Position numbers and translations under genes: made by a program. The notes under the pieces were generated by a model that ran no database searches, was not told the origin of the DNA, and worked only from the letters and a program-made list of their open reading frames with translations. A stretch of DNA of 63,349 bases, counting the filler, from Ministeria vibrans ATCC 50519 (Eukaryota; Protista; Filasterea), in the NCBI GenBank assembly GCA_943704425.1. It is 5 parts of 5 records of this genome, joined end to end, with 100 filler letters (N's around TTAATTAATTAA, not from the genome) between each part and the next. Parts side by side here need not be neighbours in the genome. Positions count along the whole stretch, not along the records: positions 1 to 31,925 come from CALSCP010000939.1; positions 32,026 to 53,448 come from CALSCP010001031.1; 3 more parts are not named here. The stretch is one strand, 5' to 3'. Below, in pieces: positions 15,407-32,712 of this stretch (within the stretch, counting starts at the first letter, position 1; the number at the start of each line of letters is the position of its first letter).

Positions 15407-17961
15407 ATGGTATGGTTGACCGACAATATTCATCTGCAAAGTCCACTCCTCTAACAAACCTTCACATTTTCCAAAACCAAAAAAAAAAAAAACGAAAAAT
15501 AGCAATACTTCGAAACACCCACCACACCGGCGTCACAGACCAACGGGCGGCGGGACACAGTTGACCCATACGAGGTGGATACCCCCGTGTCATTCGCGCC
15601 CATCGCCAGTGTCGGACCAAAGGACAGTCGAGGTACGAAAATTCAAAAATACGCATTGTTCTTGTGTGTCGCGCTGTTTTGACAGTCCCTCGACCCTCCA
15701 CAGCCGTTTTGTCGGCGCTTCGAGCGCTTCAAGAGAAAATAAGGCGTCTTGAAGCCGAAAGGGCACAGTCGGAAGGCTCGTACAAAGCATTGGAGCGCGA
15801 AGTGACTCATTATCAGGTAATGCACTTAAGGTGGATCGTGTTGGAAAATTTGAAAAAAAAAAAACTCAAAACTGAATTTGCGCTATTTAGGAGCTGCTGG
15901 AGCGCGAACGGCTGCTGCAGTCACACATGGGCGAGAGCACTACCCGGGGTGGGCGTGCTGCAACGCAGTCGTCGTCGGACGAACGAGGGACAGTGGAAAG
16001 TGACACAGCCGGTAAGAGACGCACTAAAGGAGATTGGCGCGCGACTGAGATTGCGTCGTGTAGTCTCGGAGGATCTGCGCGCGGCCGAGGAACGATCGCG
16101 CCAGCTTGAACGAGAACTTGCCACTATTTCTGCTCGATTGGAAAACATGCGCATGGAAGATCGGTTAGGAGAAGTGCTTGAAGTGCAAAACCAACCTCTC
16201 ATGTTGTGTCGTAGTGCTGAGCGTGGAGCAGAGGGGAAAGGGGCGTACCGAGGTGGGAATGGCACAGGGCGATTTGCCACGAAAACAACAACCACCGTCC
16301 ATGCTGCCGTCGAAGAAGAGGAGAGGCACGAGATGATGCATCAGCATGGCTATGGCACGACACACGGAGGAGGAGAAGGCGGCGCGTGCGGCGGCGGGTG
16401 TCACCGCGGCGGTCTCTGTCTGTGCCACCACGCAACCCTCGTGTGCTGCGCTGCAGGCTGCGGAGCATGTCGTTGTAGCCACTCATTGCAAGTGGGATCG
16501 GGTGGGATGAACAGATGTGGCCAGGAACAGGGGCACCAACGCAATGGACAGGGGAAGGGACAGGGACAGCAGCGCGGTGCGCGAGTCGACTACGACAATT
16601 ACACGTACGACTACAAGAGTGAAGAACAATCGCGCCATCCGCCGTCGTCGGCGGGCGTTCGGTTTGCCGACACGCAACAGCAGCAGCAACAACAACGACA
16701 CGGGAGTGACCATGACGACGACAGCAACCACGAGGATGATGATGAGGGCCTTGAGCTGGGTGATAGTGGTGGTGAGGCGACAGAGTATGCAAGAGGAGGA
16801 CGTACGGGAGGGACATCACGCGGATCAGGGGCAGACGACATGCCATCGTGGGGGCATGGCGACGCAGAAGGGATGGGTGTGCGCCCTTCACGAAGCACTG
16901 CACGACCCGCAGGAGGAGCACCAGTGTACAATGGCAGTGGAGCAGGAGGACCGTTGACGGGTGGTCCACTTGACGACGATGCATATGGGTCGCACTTGGG
17001 TCATGATGGCCGACGAGTGCCCATGCCGCCCCCGCAACACGAGTTCTTTGTGGGCGGGCCTAGTGGTGTGCCTGTGGAGAGCACTGTAGTGCCACCCACG
17101 AAGAAGAAGATGAAGAAAGACAACTTGAAGAGGAAGGGTAAAAAACAGCAGAAGAAGATGGGCGGCGAGTCGTTTGAAAGTGCTCCTCCACCACCCGCCA
17201 CAGCCACAGCAGCAGGGCGTGGCGGATCGCGGGGCAGCGCAGCGCGGGGCAACGCAGCTTTGGCGTCGTTGGGACGCGCGACTGTGTCGAGTGCGGCGCG
17301 TGAGGAGGGCAAGACAAAGAAGAGGAAGAGCGGTGTGCAAAGGGAACAGTATGACTTTGAGCAGGAACTGCCGTTTGTCGTGGGACGCACGGGACGCTCG
17401 TACTCGGTCAGTGCCAATGTGCAGCAGGTGCTGGCACTACTCAAGCATCACGTGCCCTCGGCATGCGACATCTGTGATGCGCCCGGCGTGCAACGCCTGC
17501 TCGCCGATGCCGACGCTGAAACGCACGAGGAGTTGGGAGCTGTGCTTGCCCAGCTGCAGCGCGAGCGCGATCGCTTGGTCTATGAGCAACGCGAGTTGAT
17601 TGGCGCGCGTTCTTCGTCGCATGCGAGTGAGCCTGATCTGGAACGGGCCATTGAGCGACTCGGCGAGCGCATTAGGCGCAAGAAGGACCTCATTGCAACT
17701 CTGCGTCGCTACATGAAGGAACACGCGCAGCGCATGGGCAAGAGCCGCCCCACATCCACAGTATCAACAAGTGCTCATGTGCGTGTGCGTGTCGCAGAGC
17801 GCGCAGTGAGTGCACCGGCCAAACGCGCATCTCTTGCTAGCGCCATTGGGCCGCGCGGCAGTACACACCCGGGCGTGGACCGGACCAAGGTGTTGCGGGC
17901 ATTCCGTCTGCTCCAAGATGGCCTTGCTCAGGCACAGGTTCAGTGGGGCGGCGCTTATTGA
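15407..17961 (+). CDS. CEP57: CEP57/translokin-family centrosomal protein
   Basis: SR|AVLSALRALQEKIRRLEAER (Cep57 N-terminal coiled coil), LPFVVGRTGRSYSVSANVQQVLALLKHH (PINC-like motif) and EELGAVLAQLQRE (MT-binding domain). ATG|gtatgg micro-exon at 15407. Confidence 0.85.
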
Positions 17962-18084
17962 ACAAATTAAAAAAACCCCCCCGAGAGCGAGAGCGAGTGG
18001 TTGTTTGAGAGGTGAATGAAATGAACTTTCCAGTTTCAACTTTGACTAACTTTAATAAACTTTCAAAAAAATTCAAACTAAACG

Positions 18085-18896
18085 ATGCAGATCCTCGGTG
18101 AGGTGCTCTGGCCCGTCTTTATTGCCATTGCCTTTTCAATGAACGTTGTCTCGGTAGGCACGGCTGCGTGGCTCACAGGTTGGAATTGAAAAGGAAAAAG
18201 TTCACTTTCCTCATATCTCTCTCATCCTCTGTCGATTTCCTTGGCCCTCCTTGCCCACAGGTCAAGTAACCTATGTGCCTGGGATTTCGCTCATTTCCAC
18301 GCAAATCGGTCTTGCAAGACAAGTGATGATTTGAAAAAAATCTATTAAAAAACCCTTCCTCACCAAATGTGCATTTTTCGTCCATTTTTCAACAGTGCAT
18401 CGGCAGTGCGTGCTCAAGCACGACTGAGAATCTGGGTGTGCTTCCGTGGGCGGCGACGTTCTGGCTCATGGTGGCCGCTGTGGTCCTGCTGGGCGTGGGC
18501 AGCCTGACTGCGGCCGCCGCGTACTACGACTGGATTATGACCCGCCCCGCCCGCGTCCTGGTGTTTCTTGCCGGTATGCCCATTGCCGTGTCTTTCTCCT
18601 CCTTGCCCTCCTGGAGAAACAACAAAACAAAACAAAAAACAAAAAACTTGTTTGTAGAGTTGTGCGTTACACTGAGTGTCCTCTTGTATCCCATTGGCTT
18701 CTCAACGTACTTCAGCGGGGGCACTTACGCGACCACAGGCGCAGCAGCATATCAGCTTCCGTCCGCATGGGCGCTCGGCTACTCGTTCTACCTGGCTGCA
18801 GCCTCACTTGCTGTGCTACTCTTGGCGGAAATTGCACGAGTGGCTCTTCGAGAACGCTCAGAGAACGATGTTATTGACGCTCTTCTCTTCGACTAG
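18085..18896 (+). CDS. Claudin-superfamily tetraspan protein, MOSMO/ATTHOG- or LHFPL-like
   Basis: Four hydrophobic segments; YPIGF...GG...YQLPSAWALGYSFYL resembles MOSMO FPIGF..EVGGQPYKLP...VGSSYVL. Confidence 0.65.
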
Positions 18897-19197
18897 CACT
18901 GTCTCTGTATGTGTTGTGTGTTGGAGTTTTATCTCTCTATCACTTTGTTTCTTTCCCTCTTTTTCTCTCCTCTCTCTCTCTCTCATATGTATGTATGTAA
19001 TGGTTGTACGAAATGAATGAATGATATTTTAAAATTATTATCTTACAAATCAATAATATTCCTCTCCTTCTCTCTATCGCTTTGTTTCTTTCTCCCTCCT
19101 CTCTCTCTCCCTATCGCGGTGTTCTTCCCCCCCCCCCCTCTCCACACATACATGTAGATATATATAATTATATTATATATAATTATATATATACTCG

Positions 19198-20421
19198 CTA
19201 TCTCTTGGTGGAGAGTGGTCGCGAGGGAGTGTGCGAGGAAGCACGGGACATGGCGGTGGAGACGGCGGCATTGCAGACGCATTCGGCACAAACACGGACG
19301 GGGGAGTCAATGCGGACGGACGGGAGAAGAAGGCGAGTGGAGGAGCAAAGGGCACAGACAACCTTGCCGCACTGGCGACAGTGGTGACGACGGTTAAAGG
19401 TGCCGAAGCGACCTTGCTTGCAGACCATGCAGCGAGTGACGGCGCGGTCGGGAACCCATTCGCGACGGCTGGGAGGGGGCTGGCCGGCCAGGAGGGTGGG
19501 AGAGGCCGTGTGTGCGGTGGCCGAGTCGTGCGGGACACGAACGGACTGTTGTTGCTGTGAGTGTATGGGTGGCGCTGAGGTGGTTCGTCTTCTGGAAGAT
19601 AACGGAGCGTCCGGTGGGAGCGGTGGTGGTGCCCTGTGTCCGTTTAAGGGGGCTGCTGGAGTGGGAGAGGGCGAGGAGGAGGTGGAGGGGACTGGAGGTG
19701 CGGGGACAATGGTGTAGTCGGCTGTGTTGAAAGAGACGCGCCGTTTGGAGTCCATGCGACGTTTGAGTCGTGGTGAGAGGCTGCCGTGACTGATCGTTTC
19801 GGAGGCTGGTCGAGGCTTGAGTGCCGATGTTGGCGCTGCACTGGCCATGAAGTCGTCTCCAAGCGTCTTGGCGTACAGCTCTGGAAAGTGCGTTCGCAGA
19901 ATTCGCATCGTTCCAGTAGGTACCTCTTGCCCTCGCGTTAATGCCTGCAATACGAAGAAGCACGTAAATACACGAAGAGGAGGGGAGAGCGGAGCGGAAG
20001 GGAACGAGAGAGAGAGAGCAGACCAACCTGATCGCATTCCTGCACATCCTCGGCGATTTGACGGTACATGACTGCGCCGATAGAGCCTTCGCTGAACCAT
20101 TCGCGTGCTACAACGCGCGAAAAGGGTCAGTCTCGGAGGTGGAGAGAGAAAAGAGCAAAAATTCCAAAAACACATACACAGACTGAGCACGGCAGAAAGA
20201 AAGCGCGCTAAAGGAGTGTCCAAGGAGGGAATGGAGAATACAGCACTCGAGGGTGCAGCTGTGGGTGCGAGGAGTTGCGCATCAGCAGTTTTTGTGGTAT
20301 CAGACTCCGAAGACGACTCGCCAATCGCCACTGCAGACGGTTCGGAGGTCGCAGGAGTCTCTGAGATGGCCAACGATGCAAGTTGGTCTATCTCTGGAGA
20401 CTCAGGAGCGCTCAGGTTCAT
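19198..20421 (-). CDS. FYVE zinc-finger (PI3P-binding) protein
   Basis: WVPD...CMVC...F..FNRRHHCRQCGKVVCALCS...RVCAEC: the WxxD, RRHHCR and RVC signatures are all present. Confidence 0.9.
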   Translation of the reverse strand: MNLSAPESPEIDQLASLAISETPATSEPSAVAIGESSSESDTTKTADAQLLAPTAAPSSAVFSIPSLDTPLARFLSAVLSLCMCFWNFCSFLSPPPRLTLFARCSTRMVQRRLYRRSHVPSNRRGCAGMRSGWSALSLSFPSAPLSPPLRVFTCFFVLQALTRGQEVPTGTMRILRTHFPELYAKTLGDDFMASAAPTSALKPRPASETISHGSLSPRLKRRMDSKRRVSFNTADYTIVPAPPVPSTSSSPSPTPAAPLNGHRAPPPLPPDAPLSSRRRTTSAPPIHSQQQQSVRVPHDSATAHTASPTLLAGQPPPSRREWVPDRAVTRCMVCKQGRFGTFNRRHHCRQCGKVVCALCSSTRLLLPSVRIDSPVRVCAECVCNAAVSTAMSRASSHTPSRPLSTKR

Positions 20422-20542
20422 CAATATTTTGAAAAATAATAATTGGAAATTTTGGAATGACTCTTTATCTACTAATCAGCAATCTAAGAAACAAGATAAC
20501 CAAAATAAACTTGTTCATTCTTTCTCGCACGGATATGGGCGT

Positions 20543-21506
20543 ATGAGTGTAAGCGGTGTTTTACAAGCTTAGGGGTGTTTTACATCCACACTTGGTCGAT
20601 CCGTTGACTCACGATGTACGAGTAGGGCTTGACAGCGTCAGAGGCGGTCGCCATTTTTTGCGACTTTTTGGAAGTTGCCATTCACAGCATTTTGTATACG
20701 CGCCAGGTACGCTGGGCCGTTGAAGATGCCCCGGGGGAGTGGGGGGGGGGATGCTTATGTCGATGTGTGCACGCGTCTGTTACAGGTGTATCCCGGTGAC
20801 CTGTTTGTGGGGCGTGTCAAGGTACGTCGGGCGGTGGGGGGACACCCGCTGCCTTGGATTGCCTGACTCTGCTTCCGCCGCGTAGTACAAGGTGCCGGTC
20901 ATGATGGCACGGCATCCTGACTTGACAGGGTACATATCCGACGTGCTCCTGGGCTTGCGTCCGTGGCTGGAGCAACGAACGGCCGTCGAAAAGGTGTCGG
21001 TTGTGCTGCTTGACTTGGCGGGAACTGTGCTTGAGCGCTTTGTCTTTGAAGTGAGCGATCTCATTGCGCAGTTTCACACGGTCGCCGTGGACTCCGTTGA
21101 AGCGTCTCTGCGTGAGTATCTCATCAGGATAAACTCGGTGGCGCTGAGACCCATTGGAAAGGAGTAAGAGGGGTGTTTTTGGTGGTGTTACGTGTTGGGA
21201 ATCTTTTTGTTGACCCAAATTCGCAGGTGTACCTTTGTTGTATCCATGAGCGTTGCACCCGGTCAAGGTATGCAGCGAGCCATGGCTATAGAATCGGCAA
21301 CAGTAAGAAAAAAACGTAAACGCATCCACCTTCTTTCAGAACGGGCCGTTGCTCAGTCAGAGGCCTTCCCGTGGCTCCAGGGCGACCTCACTGCGCCCCC
21401 ATCTCACCCTAAGCACTCTGCTGATGTCATACTGCACCCCCTCAAAACGGCCCATACCGGCCTGTTTCATCTCTCGTTGTATATTGAACAAAATATGTCG
21501 CCCTGA
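20543..21506 (+). CDS. REV7: HORMA-domain protein REV7/MAD2L2 (Pol zeta subunit)
   Basis: FCDFLEVAIHSILYTRQ|VYPGDLF...YKVPVMMARHPDLTGYI...LERFVFEV matches REV7. Confidence 0.9.
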
Positions 21507-21793
21507 TAGTGAGTGGTGAGCGACAGGGACGTCTTGTCGAAAAGAAAACGGCAGGAATGCCAGTACTCTGTTTGTCTGTTTTTCAGTAGTTATGTATGCC
21601 TGCGCGTATAAACGTCTATCCAGTCAGTCAAATAAATAGAAGAAGAAAAGACATAAACAATAAAAATATCGCACTCCCTTCTCTCACTCTGATTTTATGG
21701 GAACGGCTCGACACTAAAGTGACTAAACTATAAAGTCTCAAGTCTTTCTTTTTACTCTTGTTCGGTTGGTACGGTTGCGTTGCCCAGAACACA

Positions 21794-24112
21794 ATGATGA
21801 AACTGGAGCAGAGTGACCCGACGTGGACGATCCGGCGGGTGTTCGCAAAGGGCTCGCCAGAGAGCAGTGCAACCGCAGACGGCGCGGGCCCGCCGCAGTC
21901 GCTGCCGAGTGTCTGGGAGAAGCGAGTCATGCTCGTTGTCTTCCTGCGTCACTTGGGCTGTCGTTTCTGCAAGCATGCACTTGCGGCTGTGAAGGTGTGA
22001 GTCGCTCGTTCGTGTTTCCCTGTCGCACTTACCGTCTCCTCCTCCTTCTCTTGCAGTCTATTTCGCCCCAGTTGCGTCGCCATGGCGTTGCCATTGCGTG
22101 TGTAACCCTTGCTGCTCCCGCACAGGCGCAGGCGTACATGGCAGACACTGATTTTGCCGATGAGATGTATGTTGATGAGAATCCTGATGGCCCCTCGAGC
22201 TATCGCCAGATGCGCCTGGTGCGCGACGAACGCCTCCTTGACAACGACAAGACTCCGAAATTGGCCGAGGAGATCCTGGCGGCAGGCTTCGAGGACGGCG
22301 GGTATGCGCGCGACGACGGTAATCCGTGGAATGGCGATGTGTTTCAGCTGGGCGGTGTCTTTGTGCTGGGCGAAGGAAACGCCTGTAGCTACGCCTACCG
22401 CTCGCAGTTTGCCGGCGACATGCCGCCTCCAGCCGAGTACGCGACGGCCGCACTCAATGCGTACATGGCGCAGAACCTCGACCCATACGACAGGACGACA
22501 CAGGTCGTCGACGATTTTGTCTTTCCCACTACCAATGCTTGGGTAATAGCATGAGAGAGAAAGAGGGGGGGGGGGGGGGGAGCGAACAAGGAGGGAGAAT
22601 GGGAGACAGGACAAACCGTACATCATAGTTACAAATCTAAAACTGTGTATTTCTTTCTCTTGCAGATGTCTCGCCTGCGCGCTGACAGTAAGGTTGCGCC
22701 GCCCTCGGTTGAGGTGGTGGAGGCACTGGTGGCAGAGAAGGGACGCAAACGAGCACTGTCGGTGCGAACAGTTACTGATGAGTCACATCAGTCGGTTGCG
22801 CCGCAGAAGAAGAAGGAGAGCGTTAGTAGCGATGCGGGGAGGGCGAAGCAGAAGAAGGCTGCTGCCGTTGAGAATGCTACAGATGATAATGGTGTCGTTG
22901 TTAGTAATGAGTATGATGGTGGAAGCGGGCGAGTGGCACTGGGGCTGACGGTTGCCGGTGCGGCGGTTGTTGCGCGCTATGTATTGACAGGACGTGGCAA
23001 GATTGGTGCGGCACTGCTTAGTGTTGCGGCTGTGGCATCCATTGTGCGACACCTCTATTCACGACGACGCGCTGGTAGTAACAGTGTTGCTACTCCGCGC
23101 GATTCGACTGCTGTATGTCCATTCAGTGGACAGACACTATACACTCCCAAGATGATTGACCAGCTGAGTGTGACGTCGGGCCGTTTGCAGTGCGACTGTG
23201 CGCCTGTCATTGCCAGTCTGCCTTTTGATCTCATTACAGGAGACATACCAGCAACACCAGCAACAACAGAGGCAGCACAAGAGGAAGGAGAAGAGGACCC
23301 AGAGGAGCCCACCGATGAAGAAGTGAGTTGTGTCTTATCTTGCCTGCCTTTTGCCTTTGATTTTTTTTTCTCTCTCCCTCTCTCACTTTGTCTCTATCAC
23401 TTTGATTTTTTTTTCTCTCTCTCCCTCTCTCACTTTGTCTCTATCACTTTGTCTCTATCACTTTGTCTCTATTGCTTTGTTTTGATCCCCCATTTCTCTC
23501 TCTCATGTGTTAGGTGTACCATGTCACCAACTGTTACATCCGAGAGTTCCTTGCCAAGCCCCATCCTCTGTTGGGTCGCTCTGGGCCCACTTGTCCCTTT
23601 GTACCGACCGCACTGCGCCTCGACAGTATCTACACTGCCGTTGTGCGCACTGGAGTGTGCCCACTTGAGGAGATGCGCGATAATGTCAAACGTGCCTCAT
23701 TAGCCTTTGTCGATCGGTATGCATAAAATACCAATCTATTCTTCCTCTCTTTTTTCTTTTTGTCTCCTTAGCTTCCGCGCTCTCCCTCCCACCGACGGCC
23801 GCAAGACCATGTACAAGGCCATTATCCTCGTGTTTCCCGACGTGCCTCTTGATGCTGCCCCACTCGTCATTGATCAGGCTCAGCTCGAGCTCAAGGCCCA
23901 TTTCACCAGCCTCGGCCTCATGATTGGTACACACACATCGTACTCTTTTCTTTCTCTCTCACATACACACACACCTCGTTTTTCTGTGCTCATTAGGTGA
24001 GTTTCATCTGTTCAACAATGCGTCGGGTCTGCACAACCCGACTTTCTTCCCTCTGCGCACTCCCTATCCGAGCATGGCAATGCGTAATATGGTTCCAAGG
24101 TAAAACTACACA

Positions 24113-24180
<68 letters not shown>

Positions 24181-24190
24181 NNNNNNNNNN

Positions 24191-24269
<79 letters not shown>

Positions 24270-24494
24270 CGCGCGGCGCTTATACACTGTTGTAGTCTCT
24301 ATCATACTGTTCCGACTTTGCTCTGACTCTTTCTCTCTCTTTACAGTGATATTGTGTTTATGGGCCCTGAGAGCTACTCAGTCGATCAACGCAAAACTTT
24401 CCTGAACAATTTTATCAGTCGCTTTGAGCAGTCGGGCGGAGGCGAAAAGGAGCTCAGTGTCGCGCGCGAACACCTCCTCAAACTCAGCTCTTGA
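21794..24494 (+). CDS. Fusion protein: PRXL2/AhpC-TSA_2 thioredoxin fold (CxxC) + hydrophobic hairpin + bacterial DUF6875-like domain; 7 exons
   Basis: VVFLRHLGCRFC and GDVFQLGGVFVLG...YAYRSQFAGD (PRXL2). The C-terminus reads FLAKPHPLLGRSGPTCPFVP...GLMIGEFH...GLHNPTFFPLRTPYP.MAMRNMVPSD. All splice junctions are phase-compatible. Confidence 0.8.
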
Positions 24495-24640
24495 CTATTT
24501 TAATAATAAAATAATTTATTTTTGAATACGTATTAATGACGGGTTGCTTTCTTTCTTTTGTGTGTGTATTTATTATTTTTTGTTTACATACAGCGAGGGA
24601 TAACAAGATATAGATGTGAGTATATGTGTGTAGGGACGTT

Positions 24641-25761
24641 TTAAGCACAGCAGTCGCTCTTTGGCGAAGCGGAAGGGGTCTCATCGAGACGCACTGACCT
24701 CTCCCCTTGTGCACTCGCTCTGCCACTCCCTGTTGCCGTTGCTGCCGCTCCTCTTCCCCCCCCTCCTCCTGTGGTGGTGGTCGTCGTCGTCGCCATACCT
24801 CCTACTGCTGCTGCTTGGATCTTGTCAATGAATCCTTCGCGTCCACTCAAACAGTCCATGCACAGTCGGTCAAACACCTCTTCCACTCCTAATCCCGTCT
24901 AACAAAAAAGAAGGAACACGCACACACACACATACAAATAAGAGTCATGTTTTCCCCCTCCTCCTTGTGCCAAGTTGCCTCTCCCCCTTTGTACCTTGGC
25001 ACTCGTCTCGACATACACAACAGCGCCGACGCTCGAGGCAAATGCCTGCACTTCTTCCTTGCTGACTGTGCGCGTCAGTTTCCCGCCGCTCTCCGACAGC
25101 AGGTCTGTTTTTCCCACAACCACCGCCAGACGACAGGTGGGCTCAACGCGCTTCACAAGCTCCGCGTAGTGCGTCAGCTTGGCAAACGTCTCCCTGTCCG
25201 TCGCGTCAAACATGAGAATCGCTCCATTTGCACCACGACAGTAAAATTCCCGAATGCTCTGGTACTTTTCCTCGCCCGCCGTATCCTGCAACCGCCACAC
25301 AAGAAAATGGTGAGACATCGCCCAAGCGCTGTTCAGGCCGGCGACACGAGCAACAGAGACAACACACAACACAAAAAAAGACGGACGGTAGAATCCCCTT
25401 GCCCCCCCGCCCTACCCATATTCCGACGTTGTACGTGTTCCAGATCTTCAGCACAAACGCCGCACCGATGGTCGCTTGCTACAAAGTGCGAAAACAGAAG
25501 CCGTAAGTGGCAGGAGAGGCGAAGGAGGCGAGTGGAAGAAGGAAAGTCGACCGTGACACCAACTCTTTTTTTTTTCTCTCTGTTTCTCTCACCTGGGGCT
25601 GAAAAACGCCATTGACGTAGCGTGACAAGAGACATGTCTTGCCCACATTGGAGTTGCCCAGGAAAATGAGCTTTGCATCGCTGCAGAAGAAGACAACAGC
25701 GGAAAGTGGGATGAGAGAACGTCCCTCGCTTGCTTTGCTGTTACACGCGTGACGGGGGCAT
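24641..25761 (-). CDS. RAB20: Rab-family GTPase, Rab20-like
   Basis: LGNSNVGKT, TIGAAFVLKIWNTYNVGIW|DTAGEE, YCRGA, ETSAK|TG and C-terminal CCA prenylation motif; the FxLKxWxxYNxxIW pattern is typical of Rab20. Confidence 0.75.
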
Positions 25762-26289
25762 CTCTACTTCTTTGTCCGGTGTGTGCGTATTCTGTGCTCA
25801 AAGAATTAATTGTAGCTAAATAAATTTATTGAAGTCTGAACTCTGAACTCTGAACTCTGAAGAAGAAGATTAGAAGAACAAGCCATTTTCAATTGATTGA
25901 TCATTGATTTGATGTGTCATGATAATAATAATTATTATTGAAGATTGTATTTTTTACAATCATGATTAATTACTTTATTATCATTATTAAAGTAGTTTAC
26001 GTATCTGATATGTGCACTGGATGGGTGCGTGAGCGAGTGTGTGCGTGTGAGAGTGCGTGAGTATGCATGTGTGTTTGTGTGTGTGTTTGTGTGTGAGTGT
26101 GTGTGCGAGTGTGGGTGTGAGAGGGAAAGTATGTGAGTTTACAACAATATCAATAGTCATAGCGCCACAGTTTATCGTTGGGCAGACCCAAATCGTCACC
26201 GTAGTTTGGTGAAATAGGTCCGAGCGATGAGTCATTCCTGTCAAAAGAGACGATGTTAGGGTCTCTCGAGCGTGTGTTTGGTTGGTGTC

Positions 26290-31925
<5,636 letters not shown>

Positions 31926-32025
31926 NNNNNNNNNNNNNNNNNNNNNNNNNNNNNNNNNNNNNNNNNNNNTTAATTAATTAANNNNNNNNNNNNNNNNNNN
32001 NNNNNNNNNNNNNNNNNNNNNNNNN
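31926..32025. other. Artificial assembly linker (N44-TTAATTAATTAA-N44)
   Basis: Identical 100-bp spacer carrying stop codons in all six frames; occurs four times in the window. Confidence 0.95.
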
Positions 32026-32712
32026 AAAAAGGAAAAAAAAAAAAAAAAAAAAACACATTCTGGGACGCTTACCGTTGCAATAGAGGGCGCTGTGTGCACG
32101 CGACAGATGCCATGCACCCTGTCGATGCCCGTGCCATGCAGTGCCACGGCGCGATTGCGCTCAGTGCGCGTGGAAGTGCGACCGCATGTGGACAAATAAA
32201 ATCGGAGGCAGGTGCGCCATGGGGCGCGCGAAACAGCAAGCAGGATCACGTTAACGTGTCCTGTATGCAGCTCAAAAAGACGATAAGATTTTCTTCATTC
32301 TTCATCATTGAAGTCTGAAAAAAAATTGAATTGATGAAAAATAAAATATCTGATCGTGTGTATTCGTTCAAAAATCAAAATAGGTCGGGATTTGTGTGGG
32401 TCCACTCCGGTCTGTCGGAGACCTCACTCTGCCTCTGTGCCCAGCCTCTCTGCCTGATTTACGGCTGATTGCCTTTCTGCCCTCTCGCCTCTCGGCTCTT
32501 GGCTGTTACCGCTGGAGTCTGGGAGTGACTGGAACTCTGCAGTGAGCACTCTGAATCACCTCTGAATGATCTTTGGAGTTTTGACTTTGGAGAGTAAACA
32601 ATCGTTTGTTCGCTTTTTAAGAACATATTCCAATAAGCACAGTAGCACACAGATACCAGTTTGCTGGCTTGCAGTTGTCCGGATTGAGTTTAGGCTCACT
32701 CTCTTATTGAAT

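Noticed and set aside
21950-21975. Possible selenoprotein (SelU/SelL-like) redox motif
   Set aside because: The codons are TGT/TGC (CRFC); no in-frame TGA was seen.
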